A stretch of 64,000 nucleotides of DNA, taken from Carcharhinus amblyrhynchos. Its lineage: Eukaryota. Within the stretch, counting starts at the first letter, position 1. The number at the start of each line of letters is the position of its first letter. The position numbers and the translations under genes were made by a program. Shown here one piece after another: positions 11,342 to 24,164 of this stretch. Where the stretch lies: assembly GCA_965287045.1 (NCBI GenBank), contig OZ336870.1, positions 99,882,001 to 99,946,000 of the forward strand. Reading direction: 5' to 3'. The notes under the pieces were generated by a model. It did not search any database. It was not told the DNA's origin and saw nothing but the letters and a program-made list of their open reading frames with translations.

Positions 11342-14265
11342 AAATGAGGTGTAGTCCAAAAGCCAGTGTTGAGTATCGCGAGGTACTGAGGAAGGTACCA
11401 AGATCGCAGGAGTGTACAGGCAGACAGGATGGTGGATTGAAGTGTATCTACTTCAATGCAAGGAGCATCAGGAATAAGGTAGGTGAACTTGGAGCGTGGA
11501 TTGGTACTTGGGACTATGATATTGTGGCCATTACGGAGAAATGGTTAGAACAGGGACAAGAATGGTTGTTGGCAGTTCCGGGGTATAGATGTTTCAGTAA
11601 GAGTAGGGAAGGCGATAAAAGAGCTGGAGGAGTAGCTTTGTTAATCAAGTATAGTTTAATGGCTGCTGAAAGGCATTTTGAGGGCGATCTGCCTACTGAG
11701 GTAATATGGGCTGAAGTTAGAAATAGGAAAGGATTGGTCACGTTGTTAGGAGTTTTCTATAGGCCCCCAAATAGTAATAGAGATGCGGAGGAGGAAATGG
11801 CAAAGCAGATTATTGATAGGTGTGGAGGTCACAGGGTAGTTATCATGGGCGACGTTAATTTTCCAAATATTGATTGGAACCTTTATAGGTCGAATAGTTT
11901 GGATGGGGCACTTTTTGTACAGTGTGTGCGGGAGGGTTTCCTGACACAATAAGTGGATAAGCCAACAAGAGGTGGGGCCACATTGGACTTGGTACTAGGT
12001 AATGAACCAGGCCAAGTGTTAGATTTGTTTGTGGGAGAGCACTTTGGAGATAATGACCACAATGTCCTTCATTATTGCAATGGAGAGGGATAGGGTCACA
12101 CGACAGGGCAAGGTTTATAATTGGGGCAGGGGTAATTATGATGCGATTAGGCAATAATTAGGGAGCATAAGATGGGAACAGAAACTGTCAGGTATGGGCA
12201 CAAATGAAAAGTGGGGCTTTTTCAAGGAACAAATGGTGTGTGTCCTTGATAGCTATGTCCCTGGCAGGCAGGGAGGAAATGGCCAAGTGAGGGAACTATG
12301 GTTCACAAAGGAGGTTAAATGTCTTGTCAAGAGGAAAAAGGAAGTGTATGTAAGGATGAAAAAACAAGGTTCAGTTGGGTCGCTTGAGTGTTACAAGGTA
12401 GCTAGGAATGAGTTAAAGAAAGAGCTTAGGAGAGCTCGGAAGGGACATGAAAAGTTCTTGGCAGGTCGGATAAAAGAAAACCCCAAGGCTCTTATGTGAG
12501 GAATAAAAGAACGACCAGTGTGAGGTTAGGGCCAGTCAAGGATAGTAGTGGGAACTTGTGACTAGAGTCAAAAGAGATAGATGAGGCGTTGAATGAATAT
12601 CTTTCTTCAGTGTTAACTAAGGAGAGGGGCCATGTTTTTGAGGAGGAGTGCATGATACAAGCTGATAGGATGGAGGAGGTAGATGTTCTGAGGGAAGATG
12701 TACTGGCAATTTTGAAAAACCTGACGTGGATAAGTCCCCTGGCCCCCTGGCCATCCTAGGATACTTTGGAAGGCAAGGGATGAGATTGCGGAGCCTTTAG
12801 CTTTGATCTTTGGGTCCTCACTGTCCACGGGGATAGTGCCAGAGGACTGGAGAGTGGCAAAAGTTGTTCCTCTCTTCAAGGAAGGAAATAGGAATGACCC
12901 TGGTAATTATAGCTGCTTAGTCTTACTTCGGTGGTCGGTAAGTTAATGGAAAGGGTCCTGAGAGATAGGATTTATGACTATTTGGAAAGATTCAGTTTAA
13001 TCCGGAATAGTCAGCACGGTTTCACGAGGGGTAAGTCCTGCCTCACAAATTTGATTGAATTCTTTGAGGAGGTGACTAAGTATGTGGACGAAGGTAGAGC
13101 AGTTGATGTCATATACATGGATTTTAGTAAGGCGTTTGATAAGGTTCCCCATGGTAGGCTCATGCAGAAGATAAGGAAGTGTGGGATAGAAGGAAATTTG
13201 GCCAATTGGATAAGTAACTGGCTGTATCATAGAAGACAGAGGGTGGTGGTGGAGGGAAAATTTTCAGACTGGAGGCCAGTTACCAGCGGTGTACCACAGG
13301 GATCAGTGCTGGGTCCTCTGCTATTTGTGATTTTTATCAATGACTTGGAAGAGGGGGCTGAAGGGTAGGTTAGTAAATTTGCTGACGACACCAAGATTGG
13401 TGGAGTAGTGGATGAGGTGGAGAGCTCTTGCAGGCTACAAAAAGACATTGATAGGATGCAGAGCTGGGTCAAAAAGTGGCAGATGGAGTTTAACCCTGAT
13501 AAGTGTGAGGTGATTCATTTTGGTAGGATAAACTTGAATGCAGATTACAGGGTCAACGGCAGGGTTCTAAGGAATGTGGAAGAATAGAGAGACCTTGGGG
13601 TTCATATCCACAGATCTCTGAAGGTTGCCACACAAGTGGATAGAGCCGTGAAGAAGGCTTATAGTGTGTTGGCATTTATTAACAGGGGGTTTGACTTTAA
13701 GAGCCGTGGGGTTATGCTGCAACTATACTGAACGTCGGTAAGATCACATTTGGAATATTGCGTTCAGTTCTGGTCACTTTGCTATAAGAAGGATGTGGAA
13801 GCATTGAAGAGAGTGCAGTGGGGATTTACCAGAACGCTGCCTGGTTTGGAGGGTAGGTCTTATGAGGAAAGGTTGAGGGATCTTTAGAGCAGAGGAGGAT
13901 GAGAGGTGACTTAATAGAGGTTTATAAGATGATGAAAGGGATTGATAGAGTGGATGAGCAGAGACTATTTCCTCAGGTGGTTGTAGCTGTTATTAGGGGG
14001 CATAACTATAAGGTTCATGGTGGGAGATATAGGAGGGATGTCCGAGGTAGATTCTTTACTCATAGAGTGGTTGGGGTGTGGAATAGACGGCCTACTGTGA
14101 TAGTGGAGTCAGACACTTTAGGAACTTTCAAGGGGTTATTGGATAGGCACATGGAGCACACCAGAATTATAGGGAGGGGATAGCTTGACCTTGGGATTGG
14201 ACATAGCTCAGCACAACACTGAGGGCCGAAGGGCCTGTACTGTGATATAACGTTCTATGTTTCTA
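11342..14265 (+). mobile_element. CR1-clade LINE, 5'-truncated, ORF2 (APE endonuclease + reverse transcriptase) broken by stops and frameshifts; antisense to SLIT2
   Basis: ORF 11344-11952 has APE motifs (CIYFNARSIRNK, DIVAITE, GGVALL, GVFYRPP, GDVNFPNIDW). ORF 12931-13368 has RT motifs ([30 protein letters not shown]), followed by a TAG stop and then FADD. 3' tail ggccgaagggcctgtactgtg...ttctatg. Confidence 0.93.
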
Positions 14266-14720
14266 CTTTCAATTCAGTAAAGACTTCTCATAACTTGATT
14301 TCAACGCAAGATGCAACAGAGAGGTGCTTGACACCAGATCGTAAATCCTCACCCTCCTACGGAGGATTTGGCAAGTCCTCCCCTATCTCTACAGGGTCTA
14401 CCACAACCTCCATGGCTCTTGGGTAAGTGGTGGCAGATGTGAAAGGATAAACAAGGCAACATCTACTCACCATCATTTACATGTGGCAGGATGATCAAGG
14501 ATTGTGTAATGTGCAATTGGGCATGGTGGTGTGGGGGAGGGGGGGGGGAGGGAGAAGGTGAGTGAGTACATTTAGTTGGGGTGGGGGGAGAACTCAGACA
14601 TGATTCCCTCTCCCATTTTCCTCCCCATTCTGCCCAATTTTAGAGGAAATTCCAGTCCAGTCCAAAGCAACTGAAAGAATAGCTTCTTACCTTTACTGGG
14701 AAATATGTTCCAAAAATAAC

Positions 14721-15297
14721 CATCTGTGGGGAGAGAATAGAGCCAATGTTTCAAGTCCAGGTGACTCTTAGTCAGAGCTGAGAACAAAGAGAATCAGCAA
14801 AGATTTGTACTATGAGGGTCGTTGGTGGTGGTGTGGGGGAGATGGGACAAAGGGAATGTAAACGAGGATACAAAAGGCTGAGAAGGTGCAAGAAGTGTCC
14901 ATTAAGCGATCAGAATGCATAAATGGCAGAACAGGGACACAGACTGTTAAAGGACTACCTGAGGAATATGGCAGTGGCTGTGAAGTTGGGGGGAGGGGGC
15001 AAGAAGAACAATTGGAGTGGAGAAGTGGAAAAATGGAGGTGAGAAAGGAGGATTTCAGTCTATCTGCAAGCAGGACCAGATCTCCTTGTCGCTTGCCACT
15101 TCAACACACCACCCTGTTCTCCGTCTGTATCCTCATTTACATTCCCTTTGTCCCATTTGACCCTCCCCCCCACCCTATTTGTCTAAATCTCTGCTGATTC
15201 TCTTTGATCTCAGCTCTGACGAAGAGTCATCTAGACTCGAAGCATTGGCTCTATTCTCTCCCTCCAGATGCTGTGAGACCTGCTGAGATTTTCTGTT
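14721..15297. mobile_element. Penelope-like fold-back element (family B) with endonuclease remnant and hammerhead-like motifs
   Basis: Inverted arms ~14721-14875 versus ~15125-15270. Interior ~15077-15118 translates DLLVACHFNTPPCS, resembling the PLE 'LPVA.HFN' motif. CTGACGA...GACTCGAA at 15216-15241. Confidence 0.65.
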
Positions 15298-16089
15298 TAT
15301 GAGATGGTATAAACCCATGCAAATGAGGTGATCATACCATCTGTGTTTGAATAGATTTCTCCCTATTCTTCTGATCAGTTGTGCTCACTATTCAAACATA
15401 ACCCACTGAAAAACCTACCTTACTGTTTTGGTGGAATCAAATAAATAGGATTGTTGTAAATCTTCCCTGCAAGCATCATTTAGCATTACAGAAGATAAGG
15501 CAAACCTATTCCTCAGTAGGACAAGCCTTTAATTGAAAATACATCTTCATGTAAATTTTCACTCTTTCTAGCAGAACATCTCATGACATATTTTGACACA
15601 TTCAGTATGGGTAATGGAATAACTCTGCACAAATCAATAGCTACATAGCTGCAAAAACTGTAGCTGGTTAATCTTTCCACACAAATAAAAAAGATCTTTA
15701 TTATCTTAATGATGCATGCAAGTATGAAGCTGCACGTATACTTAACAACTTGATGAATTAATTGGCATTCTCATGTGAAATTATTAAACTACGCTAATAG
15801 AGAGCCCAGCTTCATAATTTATGAGCATGCAGCCGCACTCAGTTTCGACTTTTATTTATCAGTGAAGCTGAGAGGATGTTTATCTGCTCTGGTGCAGCAG
15901 TTTGAGAACGACTTTCTCATTTTCTGTTTCATTGCAATAACATTCTATTAATTCGCAACCAACCGTAGCAGAACACATTTGTTAAAGAATATTGCAGGTC
16001 ACTGCACTCTTCAGCAGTGAGCACACACCCTATGCAGAGCCATCTGGTAAACACATGATTTAAACCATTGAATATTCAAATTAAAGTTA

Positions 16090-16369
16090 ATTTATTAGTC
16101 ACAAGTAGGCTTACATTCACACTGCAATGAATGTGAAAATCCCCTATTCACCACACTCCGGTGCCTGTTTGGCTTTACTGAAGGAGAATTTAGCATGCCA
16201 ATGCACATCTTTGGATTGTGGCAGGAAACTGGAGCATTCGGAGGAAACCCATGCAGACATGGAGGGAACGTACAAACTCCACACAGACAGTGACCCAAGC
16301 CGGGAATTGAACCCAGGTCCCTGGCGCTGTGAGGCAGCAGTGCTAACCACTGTGCCACTGTGTTGCCCA
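16090..16369 (-). mobile_element. V-SINE (HE1-like), alternative-tail subfamily
   Basis: Reverse complement of the 8478-8763 type. Confidence 0.85.
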
Positions 16370-17771
16370 CAATTTGACTGAATTGTGGCTGCACAGAGGC
16401 TAAGCAGTGACCACCACGTGCATTGCGCAGATATTCCACTTTAGGGGAACTTGGAATTCACTTTTAGTGAGGTGGACTTCCACTTAATAACAGTGATGTA
16501 TTTCCCAGCCTCAGAGTTATTTCAGTATTTTTGCTAGGCTTCCCGGCTTCCAAAAATAATGGAGAAGTGCTGCTGGCAGCTCCTTTCTTATCAACTTGAA
16601 CACAACTGTTCCATTTTTTTTTCAAGTTTACTACCTACACAATTGCTTGGCAGTTTAATTTTAAATGTGCATCCATGGGCCTGAATTTTGTACATTTTCT
16701 TATCATTTTAACATGCCCACCTATCTATGGGCAGAGGTCTGGTGAGTGAACCATTGCCCCTCATGAAGCAGTGAAGCTGGCAGGAGCAAAGTAAAGTCAG
16801 TGAAGCAAGTTCTGAAGCATTTTGCAGCCCACACAGCGTCCAGCTATAACTCCATGGAAAATAAACCCATGTGCATGCAATCTATTCTATAATTATTAAT
16901 TAGTTAAGAACCAAAAAGTCCTCTTGGTCCTGTTTTTTATTGTCAATTAAAATGAATTGCTACTGGTACAACAAAAGTCTGAATCTTCAACTGATCAATG
17001 GTACACACACCACCTGGTAATGGTCAAACAGTTAAATGCTTCCAAAAATGCAAGAATGATTCTAAATTTGATTTTTTGTAGCGCCAAATTCTCCATTCTT
17101 GTTTGCAGCTGGGATTCTCCAGTCGCACTGCAGCACATGGAGATTCAGCATCAAATTCTCCAATCAAGCTAGTGGCTACACCAGGGTGTGGGAGACAAGG
17201 GAATTCCTGCTGAGATCCAATTTATTTTATTTGCCGAAAAGTCTGAAATTTTATTGTTCTAATTGGACCAAAGCTTTAGGAAACATTGAAAAACAATGAA
17301 GTCACGAATATGATTATCAAGTTAGAGATGTGGTCTGAAAATAACTCCTTAATATTCTCTTTCACCGCAGTAATACCTCATCAGTCCCCGGTTTGGTTTC
17401 ACATCTCTTTTGCGGATTAATAAAATGAGGCTGACTTTTATGGTTTTAAGTTGCTCAGTACTTAAATTCTACCTGTGTAGAATTTCTTTTTAGTTTGCTT
17501 CTTCAACAATTTCAAGAGAAATATGGATATACATACATTTGGTGTTACTATTAAACTAAAGTTTGTGAAGATGTAAAAACATTCTACCCCTTTTATAGCT
17601 CTACACAAATATTTTATTCATGTTTAAGGTTTACCTTTCCTTCAGAGAGTCACCAGATTCCTCAGTTGAGGTAAGTTTGAGTTTGTTAATTGTTGATCGC
17701 TAAATGATGGATTTTTATAACGTGTTCATCAGCATTTGAATAAATTTAAAAAAAAATCAAAATATACAAAC

Positions 17772-17869
17772 CAGAAACCATCCTTTTCCCCTTCTTTAAG
17801 GTGACAGGTTCCACTATTCTTGCATGGGCTATTAACACAGGCATGAATGGGAACATCACAATCTTGCCC
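17772..17869 (-). CDS. SLIT2: SLIT2 exon (~28), EGF repeat 2, 98 nt
   Basis: ccacag|...|gtttgt. Translates [32 protein letters not shown](W). Phase fits the next exon. Confidence 0.94.
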
Positions 17870-18233
17870 CTGTGGAGTCACAGAATACAGAGCGGTTAAT
17901 TATACTGTCTTTGTAAGACCGGGTCTATAAAACTGAAGAACAACAGTCCAATAGTTACTACAGGAATGGAGCCAAGGTTCTAACTTAAATAGTCATTACA
18001 TTAGTAGATATGACAGATCAGGAACAACAGTTCAACATAAACAGTCATTAAAGGATTGGGTATGACAGACAGGGAGCTGCAATCTATTTCAGTTGTGCCA
18101 CCAGATTTCCAAGTGAACACACAGTTCTATCTGCTGCATTGATATCTTCAAAATATGTTTTGATTGCAAAAAAAATTAAAACTGCGCTGGTCATCTCGTA
18201 AGATGATAGCTTGTGCCATGATGATTAACTCTA

Positions 18234-18285
18234 TGGTGGCACAGCAGTTAGTCCTGCTGCCTCACAGCGCCAGGGACCTGGGTTT
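18234..18285 (+). mobile_element. Truncated V-SINE tRNA head
   Basis: ggtggcacagcagttagtcctgctgcctcacagcgccagggacctgggtt. Confidence 0.7.
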
Positions 18286-18289
18286 GTTT

Positions 18290-18696
18290 TAACTCCGAAC
18301 TGTTCTGAGTGTTTCAAGAAAACTGCAGCATTCAATCAAAGGACTCAATTCCAGTATCATGTGAACATTGGTCTTTGCTGTGCTAAACCTATAGAAGGAT
18401 TTTGTCTAAAAGCAGTTTTTGTTTGATTGGAACATCTTAGTTATATTTGCTAAGGGTTATACATTATTGTGGTTGTTTTGTTTTGTTTGTAATTGATGTT
18501 ATTGCTAATATTCTTATTATACATGTTAAATATATTCTTAAATAAACTTTGTTTGATAAAAGCTCCTTAGTGGGTCATTTGAATCATACCTGAAGTGAAA
18601 CATATCATGCTTATCTGAGTCAAATTCAGGGTGCAAAACCTATGATCCAGGTGGGCTTCATAAAACACTGTGGCATTTCTGACCTGAACCATAACA
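18290..18696 (+). mobile_element. Possible partial solo LTR
   Basis: T-rich body, AATAAA at ~18541, ends in ...ataaca like a Gypsy LTR. No 5' TG end or TSD seen. Confidence 0.3.
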
Positions 18697-18704
18697 CATC
18701 CAAC

Positions 18705-19345
18705 TCAATAGCCTGATCCCGATTTCCCCCCATATCCTTTGATCCCCTTTGTTCCTAGTGCTATATGTAACTTCTTCCTAAATACATACTCTTTTAGCCT
18801 CAACTGTTTTCTGTGGTAGTGAATGCCACAGGCTTACCGTTCTCTGGATGAAGAAATTTCTCCTCATCTTAGTCCTAAAATGTTTACCCCTATCCTAAGA
18901 CTATGAATGCTGGTTCTGGACCCCACCCCCCTCCTATCATCAGGACCATCCTTCCTGCATCTATTCTGTCTACTAATGTTACAATTTTATAGATTTCTAT
19001 GTGATCATTCCCATCGTTATTCTGAACTCCAGCGAGCATTATCCTAACTGACTCAATCTCTCCTCATACATCAGTCCCACCATTCCAGGAATTAGTCAGT
19101 TATAGCTTCGCCATGCTCCCTCTATAGCAAGAGCATCCTTCCTCAGATAAGGAAAAAAAACTACACACAACATTCTAGGTGTAGCCTCGCCAAGACCCTG
19201 TATCACTATACCCAGACACGCTACTCAAATCCTCTCGCTATGAAGGTCAACGTATCATCTGCCTTCTTTCCGTTTGCTGCACCCTGCATGCTTACCTTCA
19301 GTGACTGGTGTAAGAGGACACCCGGGTCTCACTGCACATTTCCCA
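18705..19345 (-). mobile_element. CR1 LINE 3' fragment
   Basis: Reverse complement resembles the CR1 3' region (aagaaatttctcctcatct, catccttcctcagataagg). Confidence 0.7.
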
Positions 19346-20611
19346 TTCCCATCTCTTAATTGTCACACTTCCATCTTAAAATTACCATCATTCTTACGTT
19401 TTAAAATCACTGTCAACTGCAGCTCTAACAGTATATTATTTCATATTCAATCCAGAGAATAGACAGCTGTTCGCTGCCAAGAATTGTCAGGTCAATCCAG
19501 CAGGCTTACTTGACCTGGCAGAACAAATGAGATATCAGGGGATGATAGCATCTCTGTGACAACATTGAACAGTAATTAACTGATGTCCAGAGCTGTCTAC
19601 TTGACAATACACACTCATGCTTTTCTCCAGCAACAAGCTGCTATACAGCACCAACACTAGCCAGTTTATTTCCCTGTCAGCCATGATATGATTGAAAATT
19701 ACGTCCTGGTGTATACACTACACCGCAGATACATGGGCACGAAATTCCTTGGGTGAAATTTTAGGTTCAAGAAAGGATCACGTACAGCAGAGAGCTGGAG
19801 TATTCCTACTGGAACTTACAGGATCAGTGCAAGATTGTGGGTCAAATGGGTGCAATTACCATTTTGGGTCTATCTCTGGAACCTCCTTGCCCTTCAATGC
19901 TAGAAAGCCCAATGGCTGCCCATGTCAATGGGAATTGCCAAGCCTCTAACTAAACCTTTGTCGTGGTCTTGTAGCCCTCTGCAGCAGTTTTAAGTTTTCA
20001 TTCCTTCAGGTGTCTAGTCATCCTTCATGCTTGGCTTGGGCTCCACTAGTGGAGCAAGCATAGGCCTCACTCAACATATTGTTCATGGCTACTACACCAG
20101 CTGCCTTTCCAAAGCCCAGGGTGGGAACTTCAGCTTTCAAGGATCCATGGCTTGTTTCAGTTTCCAACCAACAATCGACTTGAAAGGGGTGGATGGAATT
20201 CGACCCTTTGCAAAGCAAAGGGGAAGCTTGCAGAAATGGTGAAGGTCTAGGGCTGGATTTAGTGGGACACTGTGATTCCCACCCACCTGGAACTTGGTGG
20301 GGAGATCACCTACAATCCTGACAGCCACCCCACAGCCATTTAACACTGGAAACAGCATAAATTCTTTGAAGGTGAGATTTCCACATCTTTCACGGGTCGG
20401 AGTCCTAGCACAGGAAGCTGCCAGCCAATCTGATGGCAGGCAGCTCTGCAGACTCTGATGAAGTTACGGGCAGTTGCACCATGCTGAGGAACCCAGACAT
20501 GACCGAGGTCAGGGTTTGAGTAGGAAGGTTAGGAAGGTGGAGAAGCTGTCTCTGAGAGATCAGAGAGGTTAAAGGGTGTGTGGGAAGAGAATGGTGTTTG
20601 GGTGTCTGTAT

Positions 20612-20672
20612 ATGCGTGTGTGTGTGCGTGCATGTGTGTGTGTGTGTGTGTGGGTGCGTGTGTGTGTGTGAG
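20612..20672. repeat. Imperfect (TG)n microsatellite
   Basis: Directly visible: tgcgtgtgtgtgtgcgtgcatgtgtgtg... Confidence 0.95.
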
Positions 20673-20689
20673 AGACCAGCCAGGTATAT

Positions 20690-20918
20690 GTTGTGAGGGT
20701 AGTGAATCTGTGAATTCTTTACCATATAGAGCTGTAGAGGTTGGGTCATTAAGTATGTTCAAGGCTAATACAGACAGTAAAGGAATCAGGGGTTGGGGGA
20801 TAAGGCAGGAAAGTGGAGTTGAAGATTATTTCAGATCAGCCATGATCTCATTGAATGGTGGAGCAGACTTGATGGGCTGAACGGCCTACTTCTGTTCCTA
20901 CACCCAATGGTCTTATGG
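20690..20918 (+). mobile_element. CR1 LINE 3' end
   Basis: gtagtgaatctgtgaattc...agatcagccatgatctcattgaatggtggagcag...gggctgaacggcctacttctg. Same family as 45310-45608. Confidence 0.75.
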
Positions 20919-21375
20919 AATACTGCGGATGCACACAGGGCCCCTGCTCCCCAAAGGTGACCACCCCTACCCCCCCTCACTTATCCATCAACAGCCCATA
21001 GGGTTAAAGTTGCTGGGCATCCTACACAGCATCAGCCTCTGTTGCTGTAGGTAAAACACCAGCACTCTTGGGATGAGGCCTTAAGTAACCATTAATTGGC
21101 CACTTAAAAGTTTCAACAGATCGAAAAATGGGAGAGATGGCTGACAGCTTCCTCACCTCTGTAATTTCTTGGACAGGCTGCGAGCAAGGGGGTAGGTGGG
21201 GTGAGCAGGCTGTCTGCTGGAATTTCTAAGCACCTACCTTCCAATCCACTGGCAGCAGAGAGCAAGATCCAACAATTTGAAGATGCCATTTTGCAGGATG
21301 TTACCGTGGTGTCTCATGAAAGTCAAACTGGCAGAATGCTCCCAGAATTCTAACTTTCTGAAGATTATAACATTG

Positions 21376-21700
21376 GGGCACAGTGGTTAGCACTACTACC
21401 TCACAGCTCTAGGGATCTGGGTTCAATTCCTGACTTGGGTCACTGTCTGTGTGGAGTTTGCACATTCTCCCCATGTTTGCGTGGCTTTCCTCCAGATACT
21501 CCGGTTTCTTCTCACAGTCCAAAGATGTGTGATTTTGGTTGTTTGGACATGCTAAATTAATCCTTAGTGTCCCAGGATATGATAGGTTAGAGGGATTAGC
21601 AGGGCAACTAAGTGGGGGTAGGCCTGGATGGGATTGTTGTCAGTGCAGACTCGATGGGCCAAATGGCCTCCTTCTGCACTGTAGGGATTCTATGATTCTA
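21376..21700 (+). mobile_element. HE1-type V-SINE with CR1-derived tail
   Basis: tRNA head, V core, tail gatgggccaaatggcctccttctgcactgtagggattctatgattcta. Confidence 0.88.
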
Positions 21701-22627
21701 TTATTTTCTTGGAAACTGTGGCATTGTTGCCTTTCTTTGTCTTTTTGCCAATGTAATTTCCTCATCCTGATTCAACAATACAGTTTATTCACCCACAATA
21801 ATATCCCCCACTTCATTGTAAAAACACATGGCTGATTCTGTGATCAACCTTTCCCAGAAAAGATTGCAGGTTGTAGGCCTGCAGTCTGTGAGTTCCCAAA
21901 CATTGAAATTAATTCCCACTGGAGGAACAAAGAGACATGATCCGTGTCTTTAATATTCGTAAGCTATGGTTAACATGAATTCAAATATTCCCTTTAATTT
22001 AAATCACATATTCCCAGGACAAATGACAAGTACAAAATTAACAAGCTTGCAATGAGACTTTTGATCGTGAGGAATTATTTGTCCCTATTGCGTTGTAGAT
22101 GTTCCTCGGGTTTAAAGCAGAAACAGCTGGATAAATATCTGGCAAAGAATGGGATTGAAGGTTATCACAGAATAAATCCTCTGTGGAATTTAATTGTTTC
22201 AGCTCCTGCAACCAAGGGAACATCATCTGTAGAACCAGAAATGAATAATGTAATATGTATAATGTTGAACCAATATCTGGATCTTTTGCTCTGCAATCTT
22301 CAGGGAGAAATTTAATGAATTTCTTCTTCTTGAAACCTACAAGAGATTAAGTAGGCTAGAGAAGTGATACAACAGATCAAAAAGTCTGTGGTATGCTCAG
22401 ATTTGATGGCATCATTTTTTTTCTCTCACTAAAATAACAAATGTATGTGAAGTCACTGCTTGTTCTAGGACATGCATGCATATGAGTGACAAGTCAGAAA
22501 CACAAATATTAGTCATTCATCATCCATTAGTTCATAGGCAGCACACAAGATCATGAGTCAACAAAGCCTGAATCTATCGTTTGTGTAGTTTAAGTGTTTG
22601 CAAGTTAAATCACACATGGAACACAAT

Positions 22628-22792
22628 GGCCAGAATCCTCCAGATATTTTTGCCAGCTGACTGCGCACCATCTTGCCATGGCATGCAATCCATAGGAAAT
22701 CCCATTGACAGTGGTGGGACCAGAAGATCCCATCACCAGTGCACAGCCTCCCACCGCGGGGAGGCCAGAGAATTTCCCTCCAGTGACAGTAA
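22628..22792. mobile_element. MITE-like short element with imperfect terminal inverted repeats
   Basis: Ends ggccagaatcctcc...gagaatttccc. Related copies at 27143-27348 and 27537-27662. Confidence 0.5.
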
Positions 22793-22878
22793 CTCTTCCT
22801 AACACACATGGACATGATGACCTACTTGTGATATATCAGAACTGAATTCTTATTATTCTGAGCATGTTCTGAGCATAC

Positions 22879-23003
22879 CTTGAATCCATAAGGACAGGTG
22901 CATCTATAGAAATCCACTGGGTCATTGTTGCAGGTGCCATCATTTTTACACGGGTTAGAAAGACAAGGGTTACACTTGGCTAGAATGTTGATGTCAATGG
23001 GAC
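22879..23003 (-). CDS. SLIT2: SLIT2 exon (~27), EGF repeat 1, 125 nt
   Basis: ttcaag|...|gtatgc. Translates [42 protein letters not shown]. Confidence 0.97.
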
Positions 23004-24164
23004 CTTGAAAAGTAAAATACCCACGTAAGTCAAGCAATACCTGGGGGGGTGACAACAAAACGCGAGGACTTTACATTTACAAAAATCTCAAGAGACAATC
23101 TGTTCCTCATCATTTGTCTGTTTTACAGCACTTTTGGAAAAAGAATATTGCAATATGACAAAAATGCTAACAGTTATAATTTCAAATGATCTGAAATCCT
23201 TGAATGTTTGATAACTAATACTGGGCAGAAATAAACTGCAAATAACTGACTGCACTTTGGAAATCAACAGATTTCAGTAATCAGCAATGGTACACAATGA
23301 TCAGGATTCCAGTTCTAAATGAAGTAAACAAAAATTAATCTTATTTTAATGGTATTTTAACAAAACCCTTCTTATTTGGCATGCAAGTTTGCTGCAGAAA
23401 ACATTTCTGTTTCAACTCCAAAGATGCATTTAACGTAGCATTGACAAAGGTACATCATCACACACCACATTAAGATTTTTATAGTAAGGAGAGAATAATA
23501 TACTAAATGTAAAATATACAATTTATCAACAGTACTATTTAAAAATACAATAATGACAATTCAACATTCAAAGAAGACGAACATTTATTTCACACTCATC
23601 TTTCAATTTAGGCTCAAACTCATGCATTATATATTTAAGGTCAGAAGTTGGACTGACAATGCAGAAATTGTATATTCACACCAAATGGATATTGGTTATT
23701 AAGGAAACAAGTCTGTTTTGAGGGATTACGTGCTTTCTTGGGATCACATTTAAGGAAAGGCAGAAGGTCTGAGTTCAACACCATCCAATATTACCAGGGG
23801 CGGCTCAGTTCTCTTACCTGGTACCAGAAAACTGCAAGGCCCTGGAATCTCTATAGGCAGGGCATAGGATGTCAAAGGTCACAAGTGAAAAATTTAAGAA
23901 GTGTTAAATTGTATGCAACCAAGGAAAGTCAAAGGCCAATTAAAAATTACATAAAAGTTTAATCAGAAAGTTAAAACCAAGGCTCCGCATTATAAGTATA
24001 ACCAGTCAACCACAACCAAATAGTTACTTGTCAATCAGAACACAGGAGTCAATCTGATAGATAATCTACATTTGCGAATTCTGACTTAATCTCCACTCCA
24101 ATACACAGAGACATTTTCTGATGTCTACTCAACCCCATAGTAAAACTAATATTATTGGCATTAC

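Noticed and set aside
11342-14265. Active or domesticated reverse transcriptase gene
   Set aside because: In-frame stops (e.g. 11950-11952 and 13366-13368, just before FADD) and several frameshifts. It is an ordinary dead CR1 copy.
14531-14590. G-rich tracts with G-quadruplex potential (also 39340-39372)
   Set aside because: Low-complexity G runs are common in this genome type. They are on the non-sense strand for SLIT2 and nothing indicates function.
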